Shown here in pieces: positions 10,950-20,532 of a DNA stretch of 32,000 nucleotides. Made by a program: the position numbers and the translations under genes. Numbering within the stretch: the first letter of the stretch is position 1; the number at the start of each line of letters is the position of its first letter. This DNA is from Candidatus Saccharimonadota bacterium (lineage in GTDB: Bacteria; Pseudomonadota; Gammaproteobacteria; Enterobacterales; Enterobacteriaceae): positions 425,793 to 457,792 of the forward strand of contig CP145877.1 in the NCBI GenBank assembly GCA_045690015.1. Reading direction: 5' to 3'. Below the pieces are notes generated by a model. It ran no database searches and was not told the origin of the DNA. It worked only from the letters and a program-made list of their open reading frames with translations.

Positions 10950-13391
10950 CTATTGATTTCTCAAAGAGGCTTTAAATCTAGATTTCAATTTATCTACACA
11001 TTTATCTATAAGAGCTGCTATTTCATATTCTTGAAGTGTTCGATTACTATCTTGCAAAATTAAGCTAATAGCTAGACTTTTGTAACCTTTTGCTATGCTC
11101 TTACCACGATATACATCAAATAATGTTATTCCAACTAATTTATTTAATAAAATATTTTTGCATTCGGCTATTATATCTGAAGCGGGAATATCTTCAGCAA
11201 CTACTATGGCTATATCACGACGATTGGATGGAACTCGTGAGATATTACGTATAACTGGTCTAGAAGAGTGGTAAATCTTATTCCATAACAATTCAAAAAT
11301 GATAGTTTTATCATTTAAATTCAAGCGTTTTTGTAGTTCTGGATGAATAACACCTATAACACCAATACGTTCATCATGTAAATAAATGCCAGCACTTTGA
11401 CCGGGATGTAAATTAGCTGCATTCCCATCCGTCTCTGCTTGAAAAAGTATTTCTTCTTTTTTACCAGTTAAATTAAGTAAGGCTTCTACATCACCTTTTA
11501 AATCATAAAAATCCATCTGCTGAGATTTTTTATATGTATATGAACTATCCCAATGATCTTCATATCTATTACCACTGATAATACCAGTTAACATTAAATC
11601 TTCCTGTGCAATTTCAATATGATGATTTTTTTTTTGCCTTGGGATAAATCTTCTACCTATCTCAAAGAGTCTCATACCTTTCTGCTGACGATTCTGATTG
11701 TAAATCAGAACAGATAGTAATCCACTCCATAATGAAATGCGCATTGCAGATAATTCAGTAGAAATTGGATTAGATAATTTTAAATATTCTTCTTCTGGAT
11801 GTAATAATCTCTGTATTTCTGGATTTACAAAACTGTAAGTAATTACCTCCTGATAGCCCCTATCTACCAATAAGGTTCTGACACGTTTAAGTGAAATATT
11901 AGCACTGCTCCTTCTGCTTGTATTTAATCTCATATATGTCTTGAACGAACGACAAGAGATTTTATTATATCCATAAATTCTCGCTATCTCTTCTATGAGG
12001 TCTTCCTGGATATTAAGATCAAAACGCCAACTAGGTATTTTAACATTCCATGAATCATTCTCTTTACTTAAGGTATAATCACAACTCAGGCGAGATAAAA
12101 TATCGTCTATTTCATCATCCGCAATATGTTGGCCAATAAGTGAATCTAGCTTTGTTCGACGTAATTGTATAATTTTACCTTTGGGTAAAAAGGTTATATT
12201 AGTAACATCAATAATTGGTCCGGCTTTTCCACCGCAAATCTGTATAAATAAATCAGTAGCCAATTCTAGTGCATGAAACTGAATCATCGGATCTACTCCC
12301 CGTTCATAACGTTGTGAAACCTCGGTATGTAATCCATAACGTAATGAACGACCTCTAATGAATAAAGGATGAAAAAATGCACTTTCGATTAATATATTAT
12401 TGGTTTGTTGATTGATATCAGAAGATATCCCGCGAACAATTCCTGCTATTGACAATACTTTTTTGCTATCGGCTACAACGAGAATATCTTCTTGTAAATG
12501 GATGTGATTACTCTTAGTTAAGATAAAGGTTTCGTCGGGTTTTGCCATTCGCACAGTAAGGTTTCCATTAATTGAATTAAAATCAAATACATTTATTGGT
12601 TGCCCAAGTTCTAACAAAATATAATTGATAATATCAACTACTACATTACCAAAACTATAATTGCATCTACGCAGTTTTTCACTCATCCATAATGGTGTCG
12701 GAACATTAACATCAACTTCCTTTAAAATACGTGCTATATAACGAGGGCAAGCTTCCGGAACTTTTACCTCAATTGACAATGAATCATTCAATTTTACTGG
12801 TACTGGTAAAAATTCTTTTTCATGAAATATTGAGTTATTTAAAACAGCTATATCTCGTGCTATACCACGAATACTCAAACAATCAGCACGATTCGGGGTG
12901 ACGTTAATTTCCAATATTTTATCATCTAATTGCAAATAATTTCGAATATCCATTCCTATTGGAGCAGTAGAGGGCAGTTCAATTATGTGATTATTTTTTT
13001 CCAATTCAAATATCCCTAAATTAGAAAATGAACATAATTTTCCTTGTGAAAGGATATTATGAATATTCCTAGCATTAATTCTTAATTTATCCAGAAGTAG
13101 GGCTCCTATAACAGCAACTGCAACTTTTATACCTTTACGGCAATTTTCTGCATCACAAACTATAGTTATAAGTTTATTACTGTCTTGATCTATATTAACT
13201 TTTGTAACATATGATTTCTGCAGAAATGGTTTACATTCTACTATTTCGCCCACAACCACACCAACCGAATTACCGGCTACCTTTCTAATCTGCTTAACTT
13301 CTAGTCCAGACATTGTGAGTTGTTCAGATAACGAGTGACTATTAATATCAACTTTTACCCATTCTCTTAACCAAAATTCACTAAATCTCAT
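10950..13391 (-). CDS. pheT: phenylalanyl-tRNA synthetase beta subunit
   Basis: 813 aa, starts MRFSEFWLREWV like E. coli PheT (MKFSELWLREWV). tRNA-binding, B3/4, B5 and anticodon-binding-like regions are collinear. Start lies 13 bp downstream of the pheS stop. Confidence 0.96.
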   Translation of the reverse strand: MRFSEFWLREWVKVDINSHSLSEQLTMSGLEVKQIRKVAGNSVGVVVGEIVECKPFLQKSYVTKVNIDQDSNKLITIVCDAENCRKGIKVAVAVIGALLLDKLRINARNIHNILSQGKLCSFSNLGIFELEKNNHIIELPSTAPIGMDIRNYLQLDDKILEINVTPNRADCLSIRGIARDIAVLNNSIFHEKEFLPVPVKLNDSLSIEVKVPEACPRYIARILKEVDVNVPTPLWMSEKLRRCNYSFGNVVVDIINYILLELGQPINVFDFNSINGNLTVRMAKPDETFILTKSNHIHLQEDILVVADSKKVLSIAGIVRGISSDINQQTNNILIESAFFHPLFIRGRSLRYGLHTEVSQRYERGVDPMIQFHALELATDLFIQICGGKAGPIIDVTNITFLPKGKIIQLRRTKLDSLIGQHIADDEIDDILSRLSCDYTLSKENDSWNVKIPSWRFDLNIQEDLIEEIARIYGYNKISCRSFKTYMRLNTSRRSSANISLKRVRTLLVDRGYQEVITYSFVNPEIQRLLHPEEEYLKLSNPISTELSAMRISLWSGLLSVLIYNQNRQQKGMRLFEIGRRFIPRQKKNHHIEIAQEDLMLTGIISGNRYEDHWDSSYTYKKSQQMDFYDLKGDVEALLNLTGKKEEILFQAETDGNAANLHPGQSAGIYLHDERIGVIGVIHPELQKRLNLNDKTIIFELLWNKIYHSSRPVIRNISRVPSNRRDIAIVVAEDIPASDIIAECKNILLNKLVGITLFDVYRGKSIAKGYKSLAISLILQDSNRTLQEYEIAALIDKCVDKLKSRFKASLRNQ

Positions 13392-13404
13392 AATCGCTTT
13401 TTAT

Positions 13405-14394
13405 TTAATTAAATTGTTTAAGAAATCGCAAATCATTTTCATAAAATAGACGTAAATCTGATATATTATAATATAGCATAGCCAGACGTTCTATACCCAT
13501 TCCAAAAGCTAAACCCGAATAAACCTCGTTTGAAATTCCAACATTCTTGAGTACATTTGGATGTACCATACCACATCCTAATACTTCTATCCATTTTCTA
13601 TTTTTATTCATTATATCAATCTCGGCAGAGGGTTCTGTAAAAGGAAAATAAGAAGGTCTAAATCTTATTTTCAATTTTTTATCAAAAAAAATTATTAAAA
13701 AATCATATAAGAGTTTTTTTAGATGACTAAAACTGATGTCTTCATCAACGATTAAACCTTCTATTTGATGAAACATAGGTGTATGATTTTGATCATTATC
13801 CTTTCGATATACTTTACCTGATGCAATAATTTTGATAGGAGGTTTTTGATTTTTCATTATTCTTATTTGTACTCCTGACATTTGTGTTCTTAATAAATAA
13901 GTATCATTTAACCAAAAAGTATCGTGCTCGGTACGAGCAGGATGATAAAGTGATATATTTAAAGCATCAAAATTATGATAAGTATCTTCAATTTCTGGAC
14001 CTGTCACTAATTCAAAACCTAATTCATAAAATATTTTTTCAATTCTATAAATTATGCATGTGATGGGGTGCATACCTCCCGGATTAACACCACGTCCTGG
14101 TAATGAAATATCAATTTTATTATTCTTCGACAGAAGAAGATTAAGCTTTTCCGCTTCCAATTGTTGTTTTTTTGCATTGAATGCATGCATAATTTGCTTT
14201 TTAACATCATTCAAAACCCTTCCTATAGCTGGACGTTGTTCTAAAGGGAAATAACTTAACTTATTCATATATAAGGTTAAATGCCCTTTCTTTCCTAAGT
14301 ATTCGATGCGAATTTTTTCTAGAATTTTAACATCATTAATCTTATCAATTTCTTTTTTAAATTGAGAAAGAAATTCTTTTAGATGAATTAGCAT
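13405..14394 (-). CDS. pheS: phenylalanyl-tRNA synthetase alpha subunit
   Basis: 329 aa, class II motifs (HPxxxxxDTF, [14 protein letters not shown], GxAFGMGxERLAML). AAGGA lies 6 nt upstream of the ATG. Confidence 0.96.
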   Translation of the reverse strand: MLIHLKEFLSQFKKEIDKINDVKILEKIRIEYLGKKGHLTLYMNKLSYFPLEQRPAIGRVLNDVKKQIMHAFNAKKQQLEAEKLNLLLSKNNKIDISLPGRGVNPGGMHPITCIIYRIEKIFYELGFELVTGPEIEDTYHNFDALNISLYHPARTEHDTFWLNDTYLLRTQMSGVQIRIMKNQKPPIKIIASGKVYRKDNDQNHTPMFHQIEGLIVDEDISFSHLKKLLYDFLIIFFDKKLKIRFRPSYFPFTEPSAEIDIMNKNRKWIEVLGCGMVHPNVLKNVGISNEVYSGLAFGMGIERLAMLYYNISDLRLFYENDLRFLKQFN

Positions 14395-14452
14395 TTTTGT
14401 CCTTTATAATTAATCTCTTGTTACTTTTTTTATTCTAAAATAGATGGAATTA

Positions 14453-14480
14453 AAATAAAAAACCTCCACATGGGAGGAAG
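14453..14480 (-). terminator. candidate intrinsic terminator/attenuator remnant between rplT and pheS
   Basis: Minus-strand RNA CCUCC-CAUGU-GGAGG (14477-14463) is followed directly by UUUUUUAUUUU (14462-14452). The stem is only 5 bp (4 GC), so marginal. It is the only GC-rich hairpin plus U-tract in the 116-bp spacer. Confidence 0.4.
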
Positions 14481-14510
14481 AATTTAGGAGCAAAACCTAA
14501 AATTTTTAGA

Positions 14511-14870
14511 TTAAATAGAATTACCCAATTTGGCTTTTTCAACTAATATAGAAAATGAATAATTATCAGAAACTGCAAGATCAGATAAGATTTTACGATC
14601 TATTTTAATAGAGGATACTTTCAGCCCTTTAATAAAATTATTATAAGAAAGACCATATTTTCTTACTGCCGCATTAATGCGCATAATCCACAGTTGGCGA
14701 AACTTACGTTTGCGCTGACGACGATCACGGTAGGCGTACTGGCCAGCTTTAATGACAGCTTGAATGGCTACTCTATATGCACGAGAACGTGCTCCATAAT
14801 AACCCTTAGCTTGTTTTAATATTTTTTTGTGACGTGCATGAGCCACTACACTACGCTTTACACGAACCAT
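14511..14870 (-). CDS. rplT: 50S ribosomal protein L20
   Basis: 119 aa, [30 protein letters not shown]... near-identical to E. coli L20. Confidence 0.98.
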   Translation of the reverse strand: MVRVKRSVVAHARHKKILKQAKGYYGARSRAYRVAIQAVIKAGQYAYRDRRQRKRKFRQLWIMRINAAVRKYGLSYNNFIKGLKVSSIKIDRKILSDLAVSDNYSFSILVEKAKLGNSI

Positions 14871-14931
14871 ATCTTTTTCCCCTAACTTAACTTATTTTTA
14901 GATTATCCTTCCTTCGTAACAACCATTCAAT

Positions 14932-15129
14932 TCATGCATAGGGCATGCATCCTACTACTAATTTTAAATCTCCTTTCGATATGAGGGTTTTTGAACGTAG
15001 ATGACGTTTTCGCTTAGAAGATTTTTTAGTTAGTATGTGACGTAGGCAAGCTTTTTTATGTTTAAAACTGCCGGAAGCAGTTTTTTTAAAACGTTTAACA
15101 GCACTGCGCACAGTTTTTATTTTAGGCAT
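14932..15129 (-). CDS. rpmI: 50S ribosomal protein L35
   Basis: 65 aa, [17 protein letters not shown]...[15 protein letters not shown], collinear with E. coli L35. Confidence 0.98.
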   Translation of the reverse strand: MPKIKTVRSAVKRFKKTASGSFKHKKACLRHILTKKSSKRKRHLRSKTLISKGDLKLVVGCMPYA

Positions 15130-15150
15130 ATTTACACACCATTCACTTCA

Positions 15151-15726
15151 CTACTTATTCTTATTATTAGATATCAATGAAATTGATGCTTTCTTTTTTG
15201 GAGAGAGTACCATAATCATTTGCCTTCCTTCAACCTTTATTGGAAAAGACTCTACTACTGCAAATTCATCTAGATCATTTTTTATCCGGTTTAACATTTC
15301 AATACCTAGTTGTTGATGCGACATTTCACGACCTCGAAAACGTAATGTAATTTTTACTTTATCACCATCTTCCAAAAAACGAAGCAGGCTACGTAATTTT
15401 ACCTTATAGTCTCCTTCGTCTGTACCAGGACGGAATTTTATTTCTTTGACCTGAATGATTTTTTGCTTTTTTTTCTGCTCTTTGGAGAACTTACTTTTTT
15501 CATAGAGATATTTGCCATAATCGATCATTTTACAGACTGGGGGTTCAGCATTAGCATTAATCTCAACCAAATCAACACCGGCTTTATAAGCTCTTTCTAA
15601 AGCTTCAGATATAGTTACAATACCCATTGATTCCCCATCTAGGCCAGTTAAACGAACCTCCTTCACATGGATTTCACTATTAATACGATTTTGACGTATT
15701 GGTTGATTTTTTTTTTCGTTTTTAAT
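15151..15726 (-). CDS. infC: translation initiation factor IF-3, initiating at ATT (AUU)
   Basis: The ORF-track call (15151-15666, GTG) lacks the N-terminus. The frame stays open upstream and reads (I)[27 protein letters not shown], gap-free against E. coli [28 protein letters not shown]. ATT at 15726-15724 with AGGAGG 8 nt upstream. The rest is collinear with IF3 (PPVCKxxDYGK, [21 protein letters not shown]). Confidence 0.9.
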   Translation of the reverse strand: MKNEKKNQPIRQNRINSEIHVKEVRLTGLDGESMGIVTISEALERAYKAGVDLVEINANAEPPVCKMIDYGKYLYEKSKFSKEQKKKQKIIQVKEIKFRPGTDEGDYKVKLRSLLRFLEDGDKVKITLRFRGREMSHQQLGIEMLNRIKNDLDEFAVVESFPIKVEGRQMIMVLSPKKKASISLISNNKNK

Positions 15727-15747
15727 ACTCGTTTCCTCCTCTCCTCT
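15727..15747 (-). promoter_or_regulatory. infC ribosome-binding site (tandem GAGGAG/AGGAGG) in the 23-nt thrS-infC spacer
   Basis: Minus strand reads AGAGGAGAGGAGGAAACGAGU-AUU. AGGAGG lies at 15740-15735, 8 nt from the AUU start. thrS stop at 15752-15750. Confidence 0.6.
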
Positions 15748-15749
15748 AG

Positions 15750-17684
15750 TTAAATAATATTTTTTCTATCACGATTAGCAATCTCATCTTGTAGCTGTTT
15801 TAATATATCATTTACTTTGATATTATTCATATTTTGCCCACTTCTAGTACGGACAGAAATGGCTTCTGATTTAATCTCTTTATCTCCACATATAATCATA
15901 TATGGAACATAACGTAAAGTATGCTCGCGTATTTTAAAACTAATTTTTTCATTTCTCAAGTCGGTTATTACTCTAATGCCAGCTTGTTTAAACAGCTTAC
16001 TTAATTGATTTACATAATCTAACTGATACTGACTATTAGTAATATTCATCACTGTAGCTTGTACGGGTGCTAACCACAAGGGCAATTTACCCGCATATTC
16101 TTCTAACAGAATACCTATAAATCTCTCTAAGGAACCTAAAATTGCTCGATGAATCATCACTGGTATTTGACGTATATTATGCTCATCTACATAGAAGGCA
16201 TTTAAACGTTCAGGTAAAAAAAAGTCTAATTGAACTGTACCACATTGCCATGCACGATCCAAGCAATCATATAGTGTAAAATCTATTTTAGGACCATAAA
16301 AAGCTCCATCACCTTTTTTATATTTAAAAGCAATTTTACATTTTTCCAAAGCTCTGGCTAAGTCTTTTTCTGCTTCATTCCAAATATTATCATCTCCAAT
16401 TCGCTTATCAGGACGAGTGGATAGTTCTACTGCAATTTTTTCAAAACCAAAGGTTTTATAAACTTCGTATATCATTTTAATACAATTTTCCACTTCTATG
16501 CTTAGTTGATCTTTGGTACAAAAAATATGTGCATCGTCTTGAGTAAATCCTCTGACACGCATTAATCCATGTAAAGCTCCAGACGATTCGTTGCGATGAC
16601 AACTTCCGAATTCTGCCATTCTTAAGGGAAGATTCCGATAGGATTTTATTTCTTGGTTATAAATTTGTACATGTCCTGGACAATTCATTGGTTTGATACA
16701 ATATTCACGATCTTCTGAGGAAGTTATAAACATTGTCTGTTGATAATTTTGCCAATGTCCGGTTTGTTCCCATAAACTCTTATCTAACATAAAAGGTGAT
16801 TTTACTTCTTGATATCCATACTTTTTTAACTTACTCCGAATAAATGATTTCAATTCTTTAAAGATAATCCAACCATCATTATGCCAAAATACCATGCCTG
16901 GAGCTTCTTTTTGTATATGATATAACCCTAAATGTTTTCCAAATATTCTATGATCTCTTTTGGTGATTTCTTCTAAATTTTGCAAATAGATACTCAATTT
17001 TTTTTTATCTGACCAAGCGGTACCATAAATTCGTTGTAACATTTTATTATTACTATTGCCTTTCCAGTAAGCTCCAGAGATTTTTTGTAAAGAAAAATTA
17101 TGACAAAAACGCACATTAGGTACCTGTGGTTCTAGACCCATCTCAATATACTCTTCATGAAAATATAAACTTAGTTTATCATCGTGATTAATATGTTCAT
17201 CAAGAAGTGATATTTTATAGATTTCATCTTTTTCTAAAAAAAGATTACGAGCCTCTTGCAAACTAACTTTCTTCTTAATCACATCGTAATTTCTAGCTGC
17301 TAATTCATGCATACGCTTTTCCACCAATCTTAGATCATTCTGATTCAGACTCGAATCTAGATCGATATCATAAAAAAAACCGTTGTTAATAACCGAACTA
17401 ATTGCCATTTTAGTTGTTGGATATAATTGTTTTATAGCATGACCTAATAAATGAGCACAGGAATGACGTATAATTTTTAAACCGATTTCATCTTTTACAG
17501 TAATGATACTGACTGTAGCATCATCACTAACAAAATCAGATAAATCTTTTAATTCCTCATTTACCTTAGCAGCAATTGCAATTGCTGCGATTTGGGGTCC
17601 TATAATGCTAGAAGCAATATCCATAAGGCTTATCGAGTTACTGAATTTATACTTAGTACCATTAGAAAAAATAATAGAAAACAT
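15750..17684 (-). CDS. thrS: threonyl-tRNA synthetase
   Basis: 644 aa, collinear with E. coli ThrRS ([61 protein letters not shown], HRAILGSxERFIGIL). AAGGA lies 6 nt upstream of the ATG. Confidence 0.97.
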   Translation of the reverse strand: MFSIIFSNGTKYKFSNSISLMDIASSIIGPQIAAIAIAAKVNEELKDLSDFVSDDATVSIITVKDEIGLKIIRHSCAHLLGHAIKQLYPTTKMAISSVINNGFFYDIDLDSSLNQNDLRLVEKRMHELAARNYDVIKKKVSLQEARNLFLEKDEIYKISLLDEHINHDDKLSLYFHEEYIEMGLEPQVPNVRFCHNFSLQKISGAYWKGNSNNKMLQRIYGTAWSDKKKLSIYLQNLEEITKRDHRIFGKHLGLYHIQKEAPGMVFWHNDGWIIFKELKSFIRSKLKKYGYQEVKSPFMLDKSLWEQTGHWQNYQQTMFITSSEDREYCIKPMNCPGHVQIYNQEIKSYRNLPLRMAEFGSCHRNESSGALHGLMRVRGFTQDDAHIFCTKDQLSIEVENCIKMIYEVYKTFGFEKIAVELSTRPDKRIGDDNIWNEAEKDLARALEKCKIAFKYKKGDGAFYGPKIDFTLYDCLDRAWQCGTVQLDFFLPERLNAFYVDEHNIRQIPVMIHRAILGSLERFIGILLEEYAGKLPLWLAPVQATVMNITNSQYQLDYVNQLSKLFKQAGIRVITDLRNEKISFKIREHTLRYVPYMIICGDKEIKSEAISVRTRSGQNMNNIKVNDILKQLQDEIANRDRKNII

Positions 17685-17762
17685 TATGAATCCTTATCAA
17701 AAAAATCATGATATTATATTTAAATAATTTAAGTGCATTTTATTATTTTTTTTATGTATGAG

Positions 17763-18320
17763 ATGACTATGACTTCAAGAAGCCATATGATTTTTGGTAT
17801 TGCCATTGCAATTGCTGCTAAACGTTTTCACTGGACATCTATTATAACTTACGGTGATTGGTGGCATATTATTCCTTCAGCAATGTTGACTTCATTATTG
17901 CCAGATATAGATCATCCAAGATCTCTTATTGGTCAGCGTTTTAAATTATTATCTTATCCGATAGCACATATTTTTGGTCATCGAGGATTTACTCACAGTT
18001 TATTAGCTGTACTAGTAGTTGGTTATCTTACTTTTCTCATCACCAAGATATTCCCAGCAGATGTACAATATGGAATGCTAATAGGATATATAAGTCACTT
18101 AACTGCAGATTTTCTTACATCTGCTGGTATTCCGTTATTATGGCCATTCCCATGGAGATTCCGATTACCACTCTTTCATATGTTAACCGGAAAAACTCCA
18201 GAACGTCTTTTATGTATTATTTTATTAGCACTAGTAATAGTGATTCCATCTGATCTAGTTTCTAAATTTTCAGTTATAAATAATCATCTTTTAAAGAGAC
18301 TATATGTCTTACTGTATTAA
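17763..18320 (+). CDS. ydjM: inner-membrane metal-dependent hydrolase family protein YdjM
   Basis: Collinear with E. coli YdjM (GDWWHIxPSAxLTxLLPDIDHPxSxxGQR, GHRGFTHSLLAV, GxxSHxxADxLTxAGxPLLWP.xWRFRLP). The start is uncertain. I prefer Met at 17763 or 17769 (MTMTSRSH vs E. coli MTAEGH) over the GTG at 17733 used by the ORF track. Confidence 0.8.
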   Translation: MTMTSRSHMIFGIAIAIAAKRFHWTSIITYGDWWHIIPSAMLTSLLPDIDHPRSLIGQRFKLLSYPIAHIFGHRGFTHSLLAVLVVGYLTFLITKIFPADVQYGMLIGYISHLTADFLTSAGIPLLWPFPWRFRLPLFHMLTGKTPERLLCIILLALVIVIPSDLVSKFSVINNHLLKRLYVLLY

Positions 18321-18433
18321 TAATAACCATGAGAGTGGAAATTAAGTTGATCTTTATTATTATACATTTAGTTTATAAAATAATAAAACTGGTGATGAAG
18401 AATTAATCATTTTCCTTCCATGGATCAAATCAA

Positions 18434-19354
18434 ATGGATTATATTATATCGAATCAATTAAAAACCATCCAAGATATATTGTTTTGGACTGTAAGCTTTT
18501 TTTCTAAAGCAGACATATATTATGGTCATGGAACTAATAATGCTTGGGATGAAGCAATACGATTGGTATTACCAACCATATACTTGCCATTAAACTTACC
18601 TAAAAATCTTTATTTAATGAAACTTACTCATATGGAACGTGAACGTATTATTAACAGAGTTATTCGTCGTGTTAAAGAACGAATACCAATAGCTTATCTC
18701 ACTAATAAAGCGTGGTTTTGCAATTATGAATTTTATATTGATGAAAGAGTATTAATACCACGATCACCTCTGAGCGAATTAATAGAAAAAAGATTTGCAT
18801 CTTTACTTACTAAAGAACCAAAATATATACTGGATTTATGTACTGGAAGTGGTTGTATAGCTATAGCCTGTAGTTACTTTTTTCCCAATGCAATTATCCA
18901 TGCGACTGATATTTCTATAGATGCTTTAACTGTTACTGAACATAATATTACTTTTCATAAGATGAAAAGTTTTGTTACACCTGTATATTCAGATCTGTTC
19001 AATGAGATCAAGAAAAAGTATGATATTATCATCTCTAATCCGCCTTACGTAGGGGAAAATAAAATTAAATGTTTACCGCCCGAATATCATTTTGAACCTC
19101 GAATAGGTCTAATAGCTAGAATGGAAGGACTTGAAATAATACATCGCATTTTATTACAGGCATCTGATTATCTCACTGATAATGGCATGCTTATTTGTGA
19201 GGTTGGATATCATCAAGAATATTTAATAGAAAAATACCCAGATGTACCTTTTATTTGGCTAGAGTTTGAAAGGGGGGGCTATGGGGTTTTTATGTTAACC
19301 AAAAAACAATTAATTGCAAGCCAAAAATCTCTGAACCAGCTTTCAATAAAATAA
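18434..19354 (+). CDS. prmB: ribosomal protein L3 glutamine N5-methyltransferase
   Basis: 306 aa, collinear with E. coli PrmB/YfcB (YGHGTxNxWDEA, IPxAYLTNKAWFC, DxCTGSGCIAIAC SAM motif, NPPYV catalytic motif, VPFxWLEFxxGGxGVFMLTK). Confidence 0.92.
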   Translation: MDYIISNQLKTIQDILFWTVSFFSKADIYYGHGTNNAWDEAIRLVLPTIYLPLNLPKNLYLMKLTHMERERIINRVIRRVKERIPIAYLTNKAWFCNYEFYIDERVLIPRSPLSELIEKRFASLLTKEPKYILDLCTGSGCIAIACSYFFPNAIIHATDISIDALTVTEHNITFHKMKSFVTPVYSDLFNEIKKKYDIIISNPPYVGENKIKCLPPEYHFEPRIGLIARMEGLEIIHRILLQASDYLTDNGMLICEVGYHQEYLIEKYPDVPFIWLEFERGGYGVFMLTKKQLIASQKSLNQLSIK

Positions 19355-19369
19355 AGGAGCTATAATCTA

Positions 19370-20428
19370 ATGGCTGGAAATAGTATTGGACAGATTTTTA
19401 GAGTTACTACATTTGGAGAATCACATGGTAAATCCCTAGGATGTATTATAGATGGGGTTCCTCCAGGAATAAGTTTGACTGAAGAGGATATTCAATATGA
19501 TTTGAATCGTCGTCGTCCTGGAAAATCGATATATACTAGTGCGCGTCGAGAATTAGATCGTATCAAAATTCTTTCAGGTGTATTTGAAGGTTTAACAACA
19601 GGAACAAGCATTGGAATGCTAATAGAAAATACTGATAATCGAGCTCAGGACTATAGTGCAATTAAAGAAGTGTTTCGTCCGGGTCATGCAGACTATACTT
19701 ATGAGAAGAAATATGGGATACGAGATTACCGAGGAGGAGGCCGATCTTCGGCGCGTGAAACGACTATGCGTGTAGCAGCAGGAGCCATTGCTAAGAAATA
19801 TCTTCATAGTATACATAGAATAAAAATTAGAGGTTATTTAGCACAGATAGGAGATATTGTCTGTAATTTTCAAAATTGGGAAGAAGTGAATAAAAATGAT
19901 TTTTTTTGCCCGAATGTTGATAAACTAGTCGATTTAGATCGATTCCTGCGACAATTAAAAAAAGAAGGAGATTCTATTGGAGCAAAAATTACCATTATAG
20001 CTGATAATATCCCCATAGGTTTAGGAGAACCAGTTTTTGATCGTCTTGATGCAGATTTAGCACATGCATTAATGAGTATTAATGCAGTTAAAGGAGTAGA
20101 AATAGGGGATGGTTTTGCTGCAGTTTCTCAACGTGGTAGTGAACATCGTGATGAAATTTATGCTAATGGGTTTAAAACCAATCATGCTGGAGGTATACTT
20201 GGAGGAATTAGTAGTGGTCAGCCCATAGTTGTAAATGTAGCAATGAAACCTACATCTAGCATTCGAGTCCCTGGGCATACTATTAATCGTCTTGGGCATG
20301 AAGTTGATATTATCACACGTGGTCGTCATGATCCTTGTGTGGGTATTCGTGCTATACCTATAGCTGAAGCTATGATGGCTATTGTCATCATGGATCATTG
20401 CTTACGCTATCGTGCTCAGTGTGGATAA
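19370..20428 (+). CDS. aroC: chorismate synthase
   Basis: 352 aa, [20 protein letters not shown], [22 protein letters not shown] signatures. AGGAG lies upstream of the ATG, which is 15 bp after the prmB stop (prmB-aroC operon as in E. coli). Confidence 0.96.
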   Translation: MAGNSIGQIFRVTTFGESHGKSLGCIIDGVPPGISLTEEDIQYDLNRRRPGKSIYTSARRELDRIKILSGVFEGLTTGTSIGMLIENTDNRAQDYSAIKEVFRPGHADYTYEKKYGIRDYRGGGRSSARETTMRVAAGAIAKKYLHSIHRIKIRGYLAQIGDIVCNFQNWEEVNKNDFFCPNVDKLVDLDRFLRQLKKEGDSIGAKITIIADNIPIGLGEPVFDRLDADLAHALMSINAVKGVEIGDGFAAVSQRGSEHRDEIYANGFKTNHAGGILGGISSGQPIVVNVAMKPTSSIRVPGHTINRLGHEVDIITRGRHDPCVGIRAIPIAEAMMAIVIMDHCLRYRAQCG

Positions 20429-20434
20429 GGGTTT

Positions 20435-20456
20435 TTATTTATTAATTAATAAATAA
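20435..20456. repeat. perfect 22-bp AT palindrome between convergent aroC and ppiD (possible weak bidirectional terminator)
   Basis: TTATTTATTAA|TTAATAAATAA is exactly self-complementary. It is flanked by GG(20429-20431)/CC(20457-20458), which could close the stem with a bulge. It starts 7 nt after the aroC stop. Confidence 0.3.
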
Positions 20457-20532
20457 CCTAACGTAGACTAGAGGATAGAGGAAGAGCAGTTTTAGCATTA
20501 TTATTCATAATTAACATAATAAGGCCTTTATT

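Noticed and set aside
14430-14471. 13-codon ORF MWRFFILIPSILE as a pheM-like Phe leader peptide.
   Set aside because: It has only 2 Phe, versus 5 in the 14-residue E. coli PheM. The ATG is buried in the hairpin loop, and the upstream sequence is CUUCCUCCC (anti-SD-like, not SD). It is most likely chance. It is kept only as context in the attenuator finding.
15151-15666. ORF-track GTG start for infC at 15666.
   Set aside because: It would remove 20 N-terminal residues that align perfectly with E. coli IF3. It has no SD, whereas the ATT at 15726 does.
14054-17727. Plus-strand ORFs at 14054-14254 (66 aa) and 17503-17727 (74 aa).
   Set aside because: These are antisense to pheS and to the thrS 5' end. 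There is no independent coding signal.
17733-17762. GTG at 17733 as the ydjM start (MHFIIFFMYE extension).
   Set aside because: The extension is not present in E. coli YdjM and is made of a T-rich promoter-like sequence. Internal Met 17763 or 17769 aligns with the E. coli N-terminus. This is not fully excluded.
19619-20398. Minus-strand ORFs at 19619-19816 (65 aa) and 20069-20398 (109 aa).
   Set aside because: Both lie fully inside aroC on the opposite strand. The 109-aa product is Thr/Asn/Ser-rich low-complexity sequence with no motif.
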